A DNA stretch of 64,000 nucleotides from Candidatus Bathyarchaeota archaeon (GTDB lineage Archaea; Thermoproteota; Bathyarchaeia; Bathyarchaeales; DTEX01). Location of the stretch: the NCBI GenBank assembly GCA_018396635.1, contig JAGTQE010000002.1, positions 9,615 to 73,614 on the forward strand. The letters are read 5' to 3'. The position numbers and the translations under genes are program-made. The notes beneath the pieces were generated by a model. It was not told where the DNA came from. It did not search any database and saw only the letters and a program-made list of their open reading frames with translations. The stretch's first letter is position 1. Each line of letters begins with the position of its first letter. Of the stretch, positions 28,003-37,815 are shown one piece after another.

Positions 28003-28860
28003 ATGAAGAGAAAATTGATCGGCGCAATTAAGATTATTAGACCAGTAAACTGCTTAATGATGGGGCTTGCAGTTTTGGTGGGGGCCTTTATAAGCGTTGG
28101 CGGTTTCACGGTAAATCATAATGCAATTAATTTGGCGCTCGGCTTTATAGCGGCTTCAACATTGACAGGCGCTTCCATGGCTATAAACGACTACTATGAC
28201 AGAGAGATAGACGCCATAAATGAGCCCAGCCGCCCAATCCCAAGCGGACTAATAAAGCCAATGGAGAGTATAGCGTTGGCCACCCTCCTATCACTTATAG
28301 GGCTTATTTCGGCAGCCTTAACAAACCTCATGTGTCTCCTATTAGCGTCGCTCTCATGGCTTATATCAGTGCTCTACTCAGCAGTCGGGAAGCGGACAGG
28401 TCTTCTAGGGAACTTTTTAGTTAGCGCCTGCGTCTCACTACCATTCATATATGGTGGTGTGGCTCTTAAGGGCTTAATCGAACCCTATACAGCGCTCTTC
28501 GCAGCCCTAGCATTTTTGGCTAACACTGGTAGAGAGATAACTAAGGGTATAGTTGATGTGGAGGGTGATAGAGCCAAGGGTATTAAAACGTTGGCTCTAC
28601 TTTATGGCTCAAGGAGGGCTGCCCAGTCAGCGTCGGCCTTCTTTATCTCAGCCGTACTGTTGAGTCCAATCCCACTAATTTTTGGATTGGCGAGCATATG
28701 GTTTCTTCCGCCGCTAATCACTACAGATATAGGCTTCATCTACTCCTCAATAAGATTGCTTAGGAGTCCTACAAGGGAGAATGCCAGAAAAGTTAAGAAT
28801 ACCGTTTTAATTTGGATGGCTGTGGGGCTTATAGCCTTCATATCCGGGCTAGTAAAATAA
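28003..28860 (+). CDS. UbiA-family prenyltransferase, digeranylgeranylglyceryl phosphate synthase-like
   Basis: 285 aa and polytopic. NDYYDREIDAINEPSRPIPSG and a second Asp-rich region KGIVDVEGDRAKG. Confidence 0.8.
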   Translation: MKRKLIGAIKIIRPVNCLMMGLAVLVGAFISVGGFTVNHNAINLALGFIAASTLTGASMAINDYYDREIDAINEPSRPIPSGLIKPMESIALATLLSLIGLISAALTNLMCLLLASLSWLISVLYSAVGKRTGLLGNFLVSACVSLPFIYGGVALKGLIEPYTALFAALAFLANTGREITKGIVDVEGDRAKGIKTLALLYGSRRAAQSASAFFISAVLLSPIPLIFGLASIWFLPPLITTDIGFIYSSIRLLRSPTRENARKVKNTVLIWMAVGLIAFISGLVK

Positions 28861-28929
28861 GTTTTCCAGGAATTTCTTAACAAATACGTTGGCTTCTTAT
28901 AATAGGCTTCTCATTATTCGGTATTAATG

Positions 28930-28937
28930 TTTAAATA
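28930..28937 (+). promoter_or_regulatory. Candidate TATA box for the cdh operon
   Basis: TTTAAATA lies about 38 nt upstream of the cdhA TTG start, with AGGA at 28967-28970. This is sequence inspection only. Confidence 0.25.
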
Positions 28938-28974
28938 TTTCAACATGCCTTCTTATGTAATCTAAAAGGACTGC

Positions 28975-31347
28975 TTGGGGATAGGGTTCAAATTGGATTT
29001 TGAGAAGAACTTACGTTTAAGAATTGGTGAGATAAAGAGCGACATAGGCGTTCTTAAAAATATTGAGGTCTCCATTGGTAAGGTTATTGGCGAAGAGTGG
29101 GCTGAGGAGATCGGTCCCACACCATTCCCATCAATAGTGGATTTAAGGGAATGGGATTTTAAGCTTCTACAGCGTTACAAGCCCTTCTACATGCCGTTCT
29201 GCGACCTCTGCTGCCTCTGCACCTTTGGAAAGTGTGATTTGACAGGCGATAAACGTGGTGCATGCGGGTTAAATATGACTGGTCAGCAGTCGCGTATAGT
29301 GCTCTTAGCATGCTGCATTGGCGCGGCAACGCACACCTCCCATGCTAGGCACCTAATTGAACATTTAATAGGGAAATTTGGCCGCGACCGCCCATTAGAC
29401 GTTGGCGGCTTAAATGTTGAGGTTGAAGCCCCAATCACGCGCCTTGTCTGCGGTGTTAAGCCCAGAACGCTGGGCGACCTAGAGGATATTTTAGGCTATC
29501 TTGAGCGGGAGATTGTAAGGCTCTTAGCGGCTACACATACAGGCCAGGAGGAGAGCAATCTAGACTTTGAGTCAAAAGTTTTCCATGCAGGCATGATAGA
29601 TCACGTAGCCCTTGAGATAGCCGATATAGCGCAGATATCGGCTCTAGGGTTCCCGAAAGCGGATCCTGAGGCGCCCCTCACGGAGATAGGGCTTGGCGTA
29701 GTGGATTCCACTAAACCAGTCATATTAGTTATCGGACATAATGTTCCGCCGGCTGCGGCGATAGTAGATTACCTCATGGATAACGGCTTATATGGTGGAG
29801 TTGAGGTTACAGGCCTGTGCTGCACAGCACATGATGTTACGCGGTATAATCCTAAAGCAAAGATAGTTGGCCCAATATCGTGGCAGCTGAGGTTCATTAG
29901 GAGCGGCGTGGCCGACGTCATTGTTGTTGATGAGCAGTGTATCAGGGCTGACACGCTGATTGAGGCGCAAAAGATTAGGGCTCCGGTTATAGCTACAAGC
30001 GACGTAAACTGTATTGGGCTGCCAAATAGGACGGGGGATGAAGTCAATAAAATAGTTGAGGATCTTGTTTCCGGAAGCCAGCCCGGAGCGTTAATCCTGG
30101 ATCCCGCTAAGGCAGCCGAGGTTGCCGTTAAAACAGCCCTTCTCATAGCGCCTAAAAGAATGAAGTTCAAGTCTCTTCCAGACACTAGCGACGTAGTCGA
30201 GGGCGCTAAAAACTGCCGTAAATGCGATGATTGCAGGAGAGCCTGTCCAAACGATCTCCCAATAAAGGAGGCTCTTGCGCAGGCATTGAATGGAAATCTT
30301 GACGCCCTTGCCAGCCTATATGATGAGTGCGTCGGATGCGCTAGGTGTGAGAGCGCATGCCCAATAAATCTTCCACTGCATAGCTTCATAATTAAGGCTG
30401 CTGAAAAGAAGCTTAAGGAGGAGAAGTATAAGATTAGGGTTGGTAGGGGTGCTATACAGGACGTTGAGATTAGGAGTGTTGGCAGCCCGATAGTTTTAGG
30501 CGAGATTCCAGGCGTAGTCGCATTTGTCGGATGCGCTAACTATCCGAGGGGCGGCGGAGAAGTTGCGGAGATGGCTGTTGAGTTTGCTAAAAGGCGCTAC
30601 ATCGTCGTAGCCTCCGGATGCGCAGCCATGTCAATAGCTATGCACAAGGACGAAGAAGGGAAAAGTCCATACGAAGCTTTTCCAGGGGTATTTGATGCTG
30701 GCGGCATCGTTAATGTAGGCTCCTGCGTTTCAAATGCCCACATAGCTGGCGCCGCAATAAAAATAGCGAGCATATTTGCTAGGCGTAGGCTACGTGGGAA
30801 CTATGAGGAGATAGCCGACTATATACTTAATAGAGTTGGCGCCGTAGGTGTTGCTTGGGGCGCTATGTCGCAGAAGGCTGCCGCAATAGCTAGCGGATTC
30901 TGGAGGCTTGGCATACCTGTTATAGTTGGGCCACATGGACTAAAATATAGGCGAATGCTGCTCGGCAGAAAAGATAAGCCTGAAGACTGGTATGTTTATG
31001 ATGCCAGAACCGGCGAAAAAGTTTATGTTGGCCCAGCTCCAGAACACCTCTTTTATGCCGCCGAGACTAAGGAGGAGGCTATGGTTATGATAGCTAAGCT
31101 CTGCATGAGGCCGAATGATACGACTAGGGGTAGGGCAATCAAGCTGTCGCATTACATTGACCTGCATAAGCGTTTCTTCGGGACAATGCCAGACGATGTA
31201 CACCTATTTGTCCGGACGCTGGCAGATGTTCCACTGACTATGCGTGATGAAGTAATAAAGATTCTTGAAGAGAAGGGTTGGAAGGAGAACATTATACCTG
31301 ATCCAACGCTCTTACCTAGGCTTGTAAGGAGGAGGGTGAGTGGTTAA
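28975..31347 (+). CDS. cdhA: CODH/ACS complex alpha subunit (Ni-Fe-S carbon monoxide dehydrogenase)
   Basis: 790 aa. GPTPFPS...YKPFYMPFCDLCCLCTFGKCDL, and an inserted 2x[4Fe-4S] segment CRKCDDCRRACP / CVGCARCESACP. TTG start. Confidence 0.95.
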   Translation: MGIGFKLDFEKNLRLRIGEIKSDIGVLKNIEVSIGKVIGEEWAEEIGPTPFPSIVDLREWDFKLLQRYKPFYMPFCDLCCLCTFGKCDLTGDKRGACGLNMTGQQSRIVLLACCIGAATHTSHARHLIEHLIGKFGRDRPLDVGGLNVEVEAPITRLVCGVKPRTLGDLEDILGYLEREIVRLLAATHTGQEESNLDFESKVFHAGMIDHVALEIADIAQISALGFPKADPEAPLTEIGLGVVDSTKPVILVIGHNVPPAAAIVDYLMDNGLYGGVEVTGLCCTAHDVTRYNPKAKIVGPISWQLRFIRSGVADVIVVDEQCIRADTLIEAQKIRAPVIATSDVNCIGLPNRTGDEVNKIVEDLVSGSQPGALILDPAKAAEVAVKTALLIAPKRMKFKSLPDTSDVVEGAKNCRKCDDCRRACPNDLPIKEALAQALNGNLDALASLYDECVGCARCESACPINLPLHSFIIKAAEKKLKEEKYKIRVGRGAIQDVEIRSVGSPIVLGEIPGVVAFVGCANYPRGGGEVAEMAVEFAKRRYIVVASGCAAMSIAMHKDEEGKSPYEAFPGVFDAGGIVNVGSCVSNAHIAGAAIKIASIFARRRLRGNYEEIADYILNRVGAVGVAWGAMSQKAAAIASGFWRLGIPVIVGPHGLKYRRMLLGRKDKPEDWYVYDARTGEKVYVGPAPEHLFYAAETKEEAMVMIAKLCMRPNDTTRGRAIKLSHYIDLHKRFFGTMPDDVHLFVRTLADVPLTMRDEVIKILEEKGWKENIIPDPTLLPRLVRRRVSG

Positions 31348-31894
31348 AATGAGCACGGCAAGGCAGACTGAGCCATGGCAAAGCGCTGAAGTCCCCGGGC
31401 CAAAGAAAGCATTGTTAATAAATGACCCGCGGATCGTTTTGGCTTTAATTAAGCGATCCAAGAATCCAATATTAATTGTTGGGCATAGGGCGGCTGAGAT
31501 AGAGCTGAGCGGTGGCCAGCTCGTCGACTATATTATCCGCCTAGCTGAAGCCGCTAACTTACCGGTTGTTTCGTCTCCGAGCATACAGGGTGAGTTTATT
31601 AGGAGAGGGTTTAAGAGGATTATTGGTATGCCTGTGGTTGACATAGCGAATAGGCTTACAGACGCAGGTTGGGCGGGCCTCAACAATAAGGGGCAGCACG
31701 ACTTAGCATTGCTTATAGGGTTTAAATATTATGTTGGCTGGCTAATTTTATCCGGTTTAAAGCATTTTTCACCAAATCTTAAAACTGTCTCCCTTGACAT
31801 GTATTATCAGCCCCACGCCTCATGGTCATTCCCAAACATCACTCGGGAGGAGTGGGAGAAGAATCTTAACGCGATAATTAGTGGTTTAGGGTGA
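31340..31894 (+). CDS. cdhB: CODH/ACS complex epsilon subunit
   Basis: 184 aa. It overlaps the cdhA stop by 8 nt, and its size and position are typical of CdhB. A likely ATG start is at 31349 (MSTARQ). Confidence 0.8.
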   Translation: MVKMSTARQTEPWQSAEVPGPKKALLINDPRIVLALIKRSKNPILIVGHRAAEIELSGGQLVDYIIRLAEAANLPVVSSPSIQGEFIRRGFKRIIGMPVVDIANRLTDAGWAGLNNKGQHDLALLIGFKYYVGWLILSGLKHFSPNLKTVSLDMYYQPHASWSFPNITREEWEKNLNAIISGLG

Positions 31895-31895
31895 G

Positions 31896-33314
31896 GTGAT
31901 AGGTATGTCTATGTTTGCGGATATACCGGTCGAGGTTGGCGTGATATATGAGGGGGAGAGAATAAGGTGGCAAGATGCTCAGCTGGAGTTCGGTGGACCT
32001 AGAGTTGAACATAAATTTGAGCTAGTTAGGGTCCGCAGATTAGATGAGGTTGAGGATGGTAAAATAACGGTAATAGGACCAGACATAAAGGATCTGGAGA
32101 AGAAATCTTATCCACTCGGTATATACATTGAGGTTGCCGGCAAGGATCTTGATGAGGAGATTGAGGGGGTAATAGAACGGCGGATACATGAATACGTGAA
32201 CTATATCGAGGGCGTAATGCATCTAAACCAGAGATACGACATATGGATAAGGGTTAGTAAGCGTTCATTTGAGAAGGGCCTAAACTCATTCACTTATATT
32301 GGAAAGGTTCTCCAGAGGCTCTTTAAGAGCGAGCTCCCAATAATTGAGAAGATACAGATAACATTCATAACGGATCCGGAAAAGGTTAAGGAGAAGTTTA
32401 AGGAAGCTATGGAGGTATACGAGAGACGTGATGCTAGAGCCAGAGGCCTAAAAGACGAAGAAGTTGACGCGTTTTACGGCTGCACTTTATGCCAATCATT
32501 TGCGCCAACACATGTATGCATCATCACACCGCAAAGGTACTCGAACTGCGGGGCGATAAGCTGGTTTGATGGCAGGGCGGCCGCTAGAATAGATCCAAAA
32601 GGCCCGATATTCAGAATAGAGAAGGGAGAATGTATAGATCCTCTAAGAGGCGAGTATACTGGTGTAAACCAGGTTGTTAAGATGAAGTCTGGCGGCGAAA
32701 TCCAGCGGGTCTGGCTTTACTCAGCCTTTGGCTATCCACACACATCCTGCGGATGCTTTGAGGCTGTAGCCTTCTATATACCTGAGGTTGATGGATTCGG
32801 CATAGTTCATAGGGGCTTCACCGAGAACACTCCAATAGGCCTATCATTCTCAACTATAGCGGACTCAACTGCTGGTGGAAGGCAAGTTGACGGCTTTCAT
32901 GGAATATCTATCGAATATATGCGTTCTCCAAAGTTCCTACAGGCTGATGGAGGCTGGGAGCGGGTTGTCTGGGTTCCATCAACAGTCCTAGAAAAAGTTA
33001 AGGATTTCGTTCCAAAGGGCCTAGCGGATAAGATAGCGACCGAGAAAGATGCGAAGACGGTTGATGAGCTGAAGCAATTTTTAATTGCCAAAGGACACCC
33101 AGTAGTTAAGAGGTGGGAGGCGAAAGCTGCTGAAGAGGCGGTCAAGGCAGCTGTTGAGGAAGCCAAGCTGCCCACGCCAGCAGTAACCGCACAGATCCAA
33201 GCTCCCGCCGCAGGGCTAACAGTTCCAGCTGGCGTTGGAGGTTTTAGGCTTTCCCTAAAAAATGTTAAAATTCACGCTAAGAAGGTTAGAATAATTAGGG
33301 CTAAGGAGGGATGA
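31896..33314 (+). CDS. cdhC: CODH/ACS complex beta subunit (acetyl-CoA synthase, A-cluster)
   Basis: CTLCQSFAPTHVCIITPQRYSNCGAISWFDGRAAARIDPKGP and PHTSCGCFE A-cluster ligand motifs. There is an Ala/Pro-rich C-terminal extension. Confidence 0.95.
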   Translation: MIGMSMFADIPVEVGVIYEGERIRWQDAQLEFGGPRVEHKFELVRVRRLDEVEDGKITVIGPDIKDLEKKSYPLGIYIEVAGKDLDEEIEGVIERRIHEYVNYIEGVMHLNQRYDIWIRVSKRSFEKGLNSFTYIGKVLQRLFKSELPIIEKIQITFITDPEKVKEKFKEAMEVYERRDARARGLKDEEVDAFYGCTLCQSFAPTHVCIITPQRYSNCGAISWFDGRAAARIDPKGPIFRIEKGECIDPLRGEYTGVNQVVKMKSGGEIQRVWLYSAFGYPHTSCGCFEAVAFYIPEVDGFGIVHRGFTENTPIGLSFSTIADSTAGGRQVDGFHGISIEYMRSPKFLQADGGWERVVWVPSTVLEKVKDFVPKGLADKIATEKDAKTVDELKQFLIAKGHPVVKRWEAKAAEEAVKAAVEEAKLPTPAVTAQIQAPAAGLTVPAGVGGFRLSLKNVKIHAKKVRIIRAKEG

Positions 33315-33318
33315 AATT

Positions 33319-34575
33319 ATGGGAGCCGAGAAGGAGAAGAAGCAGGGTGAGGAAGGCGGAGCTGTAATTAGGCTTGGCCCAAAGATCCTTGAGCTTCTAA
33401 GCAAGCTCGGCGAGGTGGAGCTCGAGGACGTTGAGATTGAGGCTGAGGAGCTTGAGATATGGGTTCCAACAGTTATCCCACAGGTTATTCCAGCTCAGCC
33501 AGCGCCAGCTGCGGTAGCTCCGCCCAAGGTGCTGCCTGAGAAACCAGCAGAAATATTGGCCGCGGAGTTTAAGCCCCTAACACAAACCTACCTCGGCAGA
33601 ATAGTTGAGGTTAAGATTGGCGCAACTAGAGCTGAGGGCGGCTCTAGGGGCAAGGTTGTGAAAATCGGCGGTGAGGCAGCCCCATCATTCTATCTATGGG
33701 AGGAGGTTCCGCCAAACCCGCCAGCGATATCAGCCGACGTATTTGATATGGAGGTTAGCCTTCCAAGAGCCTTGAGGATGCACGTCCAGGATGTTATAGG
33801 CGATCCCGCCGCGTGGGCTAAGCTCGCAGTTGACAAGTTTGGGGCCGATATGGTTACAGTCCACTTAGTTAGCACGGATCCATTGATCAAGAATACCCCG
33901 CCAAGTGAAGCCGCTAAGACCATTGAAAAGGTGCTGCAGGCCGTAGATGTCCCAATTATTGTTGGTGGATGCGGCGATCCTAAGAAGGATGCTGAAGTGT
34001 TTAAGAGGGTTGCCGAGGTTACGCATGGCGAGAGGGTTATGCTTAGTTCCTTAACGCTTGATATGGCTGAGGCTGGAATTTTGGGCGATGTTGCGAAGGC
34101 TGCTAAAGAACATGGCCATGTTGTACTAGCCTTCACAGCGATGGATCTGAATAGGGCTAAGGAGCTGAACAGGAGGCTATACGAGTATCTTCCCAGAGAC
34201 AGCATAGTTATGGATCTGACCACGGCGGCGCTGGGCTACGGCATAGAGTACTCCTTCACAATACATGAGAGGGCTAGGCTGGCTGCGCTCGGAGGGGACG
34301 TTGAGCTGCAGCATCCAACATCCTCAGGCTCAACGAACGCTTGGGCCGCTAGGGAGGCTTGGATGAGGCTTGGGCCGGAGTGGGAGCCTAGGGAGCTTAG
34401 GGGGCCAATCTGGGAGACTATAACAGCGCTGACACTTCTCTTAGCTGGGGTAGACATGTTCATGATGATGCATCCGGCAGCTATACACACAGTTAAAGAG
34501 GTTGTTAAGAATCTGCTTAATCGTGGAAGAGCCAAGCCCGAGGAGATAGCGGACTGGGTGACTGTAAAAATTTAG
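33319..34575 (+). CDS. cdhD: CODH/ACS complex delta subunit (corrinoid Fe-S protein small subunit)
   Basis: 418 aa with a TIM-barrel-like core (VTVHLVSTDP.., IIVGGCGDPKKD). It sits between cdhC and cdhE. Confidence 0.85.
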   Translation: MGAEKEKKQGEEGGAVIRLGPKILELLSKLGEVELEDVEIEAEELEIWVPTVIPQVIPAQPAPAAVAPPKVLPEKPAEILAAEFKPLTQTYLGRIVEVKIGATRAEGGSRGKVVKIGGEAAPSFYLWEEVPPNPPAISADVFDMEVSLPRALRMHVQDVIGDPAAWAKLAVDKFGADMVTVHLVSTDPLIKNTPPSEAAKTIEKVLQAVDVPIIVGGCGDPKKDAEVFKRVAEVTHGERVMLSSLTLDMAEAGILGDVAKAAKEHGHVVLAFTAMDLNRAKELNRRLYEYLPRDSIVMDLTTAALGYGIEYSFTIHERARLAALGGDVELQHPTSSGSTNAWAAREAWMRLGPEWEPRELRGPIWETITALTLLLAGVDMFMMMHPAAIHTVKEVVKNLLNRGRAKPEEIADWVTVKI

Positions 34576-34585
34576 GGGTGGGATT

Positions 34586-36016
34586 ATGGGTGAGGAGACT
34601 AGAAAGGGCGTTAGGGAGCTGAGCCCACTAGATATATACATGCTTCTCCCCAAGACGAACTGTGGTAAGTGCGGCGAGAAGAATTGTATGGCCTTCGCAG
34701 CCAAGGTTGTCAATAGGGAGATTCCAATAGAACTATGCACTCCGCTTGTTGAGGAGGAGCAATATAAAAGCGAATATGCCAAGTTAAAGGAGATTCTGGC
34801 GCCTGCCGTTAAGGAGATTGTTATTGGTGTTGGGGAGAACTCGATTAAGGTTGGTGGTAAGCTTGTTATGTACAGGCATGAATTCACATACTATAATCCA
34901 ACGCCGATAGCCATCGATGTCACGGATGAGATGCCTGAGAGCGAGCTAATGGAGCGCGTAAAGAGGGTTGAGGGCTTCACGTACAATTATATTGGGCGAA
35001 CATTGAAGCTAGATATGATAGCCATCAGATCAACGTCAAATGATCCGTCTAAGTTTAGATACACGGTTGAGAAGGTCGCTGGGGCAACAAGGCTGCCACT
35101 AATACTATGCACATTTAATCCAGATGTTATGAAATCGGCCCTTGAGGTTATTTATAATCGTAGGCCGCTAATATACGCTGCAAACAGGAATAATTGGAGG
35201 CAGATGGCTGAGCTAGCGCTCATGTATAACTGCCCATTGGCAGTTTTTGGTCAGGGCGACCTAAACCTTTTAAGCTCGCTTGTCAAGACCCTCCTAGAAT
35301 ATGGTGTTGAAGACCTTCTTCTAGATCCGGGAACATTTCCAAATGATGGGCTATCCGAGACTATCACCAACTTCACAATGATTAGAAGAAACGCTTGTAA
35401 AGGCGGTGATAGGCTTATGGGCTTCCCGCTGATAGGTGTGCCGATGACTGTTTGGCTTAAGAAGGATGCTCCCAAAGAGGTTCTACAGTGGAAGGAGGCC
35501 TACTTGGCGGCTATACTTATAGCGCGATATGCCGATCTGTTGATAATGCATAGCCTTGAAGGCTGGGTTCTACTGCCAAACGTAATCCTAAGGTTCAACA
35601 TTTATACTGATCCAAGGAAACCGGTTTCAGTTGAGCCTGGACTAAGAATATTCGGCAGCCCAGACGAGAATTCCCCTGTGATGTTCACAACGAACTATGC
35701 GCTAACATACTTCACAGTTGAATCCGACATTAAGTCGGCAAACATAGACTGCTACCTAATAGTTGTTGATACCGGAGGCATAAGCGTCGAGAGCTCTGTT
35801 GCTGGAAGAATATTGACCGCGCAGACCGTTGCAGATGCGATAAAGAAGTCCGGCATAGAGGAGAAGGTTAAGCATAGATATCTCATAATTCCAGGCCTAG
35901 CTGCTAGGCTAAGCGGTGAGATAGAGGAGCTTACTGGTTGGCGGGTACTAGTCGGACCAAGAGACTCGTCTGGCATACCAGCCTTTCTAAAGGAGAGGTG
36001 GCCGCCTAAAGAGTAG
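34586..36016 (+). CDS. cdhE: CODH/ACS complex gamma subunit (corrinoid Fe-S protein large subunit)
   Basis: N-terminal [4Fe-4S] motif LPKTNCGKCGEKNCMAFAAKV. 476 aa. Confidence 0.9.
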   Translation: MGEETRKGVRELSPLDIYMLLPKTNCGKCGEKNCMAFAAKVVNREIPIELCTPLVEEEQYKSEYAKLKEILAPAVKEIVIGVGENSIKVGGKLVMYRHEFTYYNPTPIAIDVTDEMPESELMERVKRVEGFTYNYIGRTLKLDMIAIRSTSNDPSKFRYTVEKVAGATRLPLILCTFNPDVMKSALEVIYNRRPLIYAANRNNWRQMAELALMYNCPLAVFGQGDLNLLSSLVKTLLEYGVEDLLLDPGTFPNDGLSETITNFTMIRRNACKGGDRLMGFPLIGVPMTVWLKKDAPKEVLQWKEAYLAAILIARYADLLIMHSLEGWVLLPNVILRFNIYTDPRKPVSVEPGLRIFGSPDENSPVMFTTNYALTYFTVESDIKSANIDCYLIVVDTGGISVESSVAGRILTAQTVADAIKKSGIEEKVKHRYLIIPGLAARLSGEIEELTGWRVLVGPRDSSGIPAFLKERWPPKE

Positions 36017-36028
36017 GAGGGTTAGGAG

Positions 36029-36538
36029 ATGAGCATTGCTAGTAGCCTAGCCAGATATATCCCCACAACATACGCAGCGATGGTTGATACGGGCCTGCTG
36101 CTTGGCTCAGTTGGGTCCGACGGTAGACCAAACCTTATGACTATAGGGTGGGGTTTAATAGGGGTTATCTGGAACAAGCCCATATTTCTTGTGGCTGTTA
36201 GGACAAGCAGATATACGTACAAGCTTCTAGAAGAATGCGGGGAATTCACGGTTAATGTGCCAAGTAAGGATATGGGCGAGGCCTGTAGGATCTGCGGGAC
36301 GTTGTCCGGTAGGGAGATTGACAAGTTCAAGAAGACTGGTTTGAAGTGGAGGAGAGGAGACTTTGTTAAGGCTCCTGTTGTTGAGGGGTGCCCAATAGTA
36401 TACGAGTGCAAGGTCCTATATAAGGAGACAGTTAATCTTCAGGCTCTGCCCGAAGATCTAGTTAACCTAATCTACCCTAGAAGAGACAGCCACACCCTAT
36501 ATTACGGCGAGATCCTGAAAATACATGAGAAAACCTAA
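36029..36538 (+). CDS. Flavin reductase-like (FMN-binding split-barrel) protein
   Basis: 169 aa. DGRPNLMTIGWG, FTVNVP, GTLSGREIDKFKKTGL. It starts 12 nt after the cdhE stop on the same strand. Confidence 0.7.
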   Translation: MSIASSLARYIPTTYAAMVDTGLLLGSVGSDGRPNLMTIGWGLIGVIWNKPIFLVAVRTSRYTYKLLEECGEFTVNVPSKDMGEACRICGTLSGREIDKFKKTGLKWRRGDFVKAPVVEGCPIVYECKVLYKETVNLQALPEDLVNLIYPRRDSHTLYYGEILKIHEKT

Positions 36539-36578
36539 ATCTCTAGTGAAATTCACACCTTTTGGAGAATAATCCTCC

Positions 36579-37340
36579 TTGAAGATAATAGTTTCTATGG
36601 GTAGAGGGGGGACGGGGAAGACAAGTTTTGTTGCTTTAATAACGAAGTATTTTATTGAGACCAATAAAACGCCAATTCTCTTGATTGATGCGGATCCAGA
36701 TCAAAGCTTAGCGGATGTTCTTGGGGTCGATCTTGAGCGAGAGGGTAAGAAGACAATATCGGAGTTAATAGTTGAGACTTTTCTTGAGGGCGGCGGCACA
36801 ACTGTCGGCGTGCCCCCATCAGAGAGGATAGAGAGCAGGATTTGGGAGAAGGGCCTTTATGAGGGGGAATACTTCGATCTAATGGCTATAGGGCCGAAGT
36901 GGGTTGAGGGATGCTATTGCCTCCCAAACGAGGCTCTTAAGAGCGCTTTAGGGAGGATAACGAAGAACTATAAGCATGTTCTTATTGATACGCCAGCTGG
37001 GCTTGAGCACTTAAATAGGCGTATAACATCCCATGTCAACGACATATTCGACCTCATAGATCCATCGAAGAAGTCATTTGAGCATGTTGCGAGAGCCTAT
37101 AGGATAGCTAAGGAGGTCAACATTAGATTCGATAATTTTTATGTTGTCGGCGGGTACAGGTTTCCGGAAGATCTTGGCGGGGAGGTTGAGAAGAGACTTA
37201 AACTCAAATTTATTGGCAAAATAAAATTCGATGAAAATATTGAGCGATTCATCCTATCCGGTAGACCCCTCCTAGAGATCCCTGAGAATTCGCCGGCGTA
37301 TCGCTCCGTCATAGATATAATGATTAAAGCCGGATATTAA
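36579..37340 (+). CDS. CooC/AcsF-family Ni-insertion ATPase, paralogue 1 (variant P-loop GRGGTGKTS)
   Basis: MKIIVSMGRGGTGKTSF, DADPD, the CxC metal motif EGCYCLPN, and DTPAGLEH. TTG start. Confidence 0.75.
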   Translation: MKIIVSMGRGGTGKTSFVALITKYFIETNKTPILLIDADPDQSLADVLGVDLEREGKKTISELIVETFLEGGGTTVGVPPSERIESRIWEKGLYEGEYFDLMAIGPKWVEGCYCLPNEALKSALGRITKNYKHVLIDTPAGLEHLNRRITSHVNDIFDLIDPSKKSFEHVARAYRIAKEVNIRFDNFYVVGGYRFPEDLGGEVEKRLKLKFIGKIKFDENIERFILSGRPLLEIPENSPAYRSVIDIMIKAGY

Positions 37341-37380
37341 ATTAAACCAGAAAGTAAATGGCTTTTCACGGCGATGCCGG

Positions 37381-37785
37381 ATGACTATCGACATATTCCA
37401 TATGCTTTCCGAGGAGTCTAAAAAGAGGAAGGCGCGCAGGAAAGAGCTCCTGAAAACTATAGGTGTGAAGGAATATTTTAGCGAGGGGCGTATAGAGATC
37501 GACAATAAAATATGTCAGGGAATAGAGTGCAAGCTCTGCATTAAGGCCTGTCCAACCAACGCCCTCTATTGGAGCTATGGCAGAGTAAACCTTGTCGAAG
37601 ATCTATGTATTTATTGTGCGGCATGCGTTTTAAGCTGTATAGTTGACAATTGTATTAAGGTGATGAGGAAGAGAATAGATGGAAGAGTTGAATCGTTCAG
37701 CAAGCCTAGCGAAGCAGTTAAACTGCTTCAGACGATAAGTTCAGGGAAGAGGGTTACTTTGGTGAGCCGAGTCTTCAGACGCTAG
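37381..37785 (+). CDS. 4Fe-4S ferredoxin-domain protein with basic N- and C-terminal extensions
   Basis: 134 aa. CQGIECKLCIKACP and CIYCAACVLSC cysteine motifs. It is flanked by CooC genes. Confidence 0.65.
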   Translation: MTIDIFHMLSEESKKRKARRKELLKTIGVKEYFSEGRIEIDNKICQGIECKLCIKACPTNALYWSYGRVNLVEDLCIYCAACVLSCIVDNCIKVMRKRIDGRVESFSKPSEAVKLLQTISSGKRVTLVSRVFRR

Positions 37786-37815
37786 ATTAGCTGGCAAACA
37801 TGGAGGCGGATTCAA

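Noticed and set aside
29769-34887. Long minus-strand ORFs (206, 177, 148, 99 and 92 aa) across cdhA, cdhC, cdhD and cdhE
   Set aside because: All are antisense to strongly supported cdh genes. They are Ser/Ala/Leu/Thr-rich with no motifs, which is the usual shadow-ORF pattern of mid-to-high-GC codon-biased genes.
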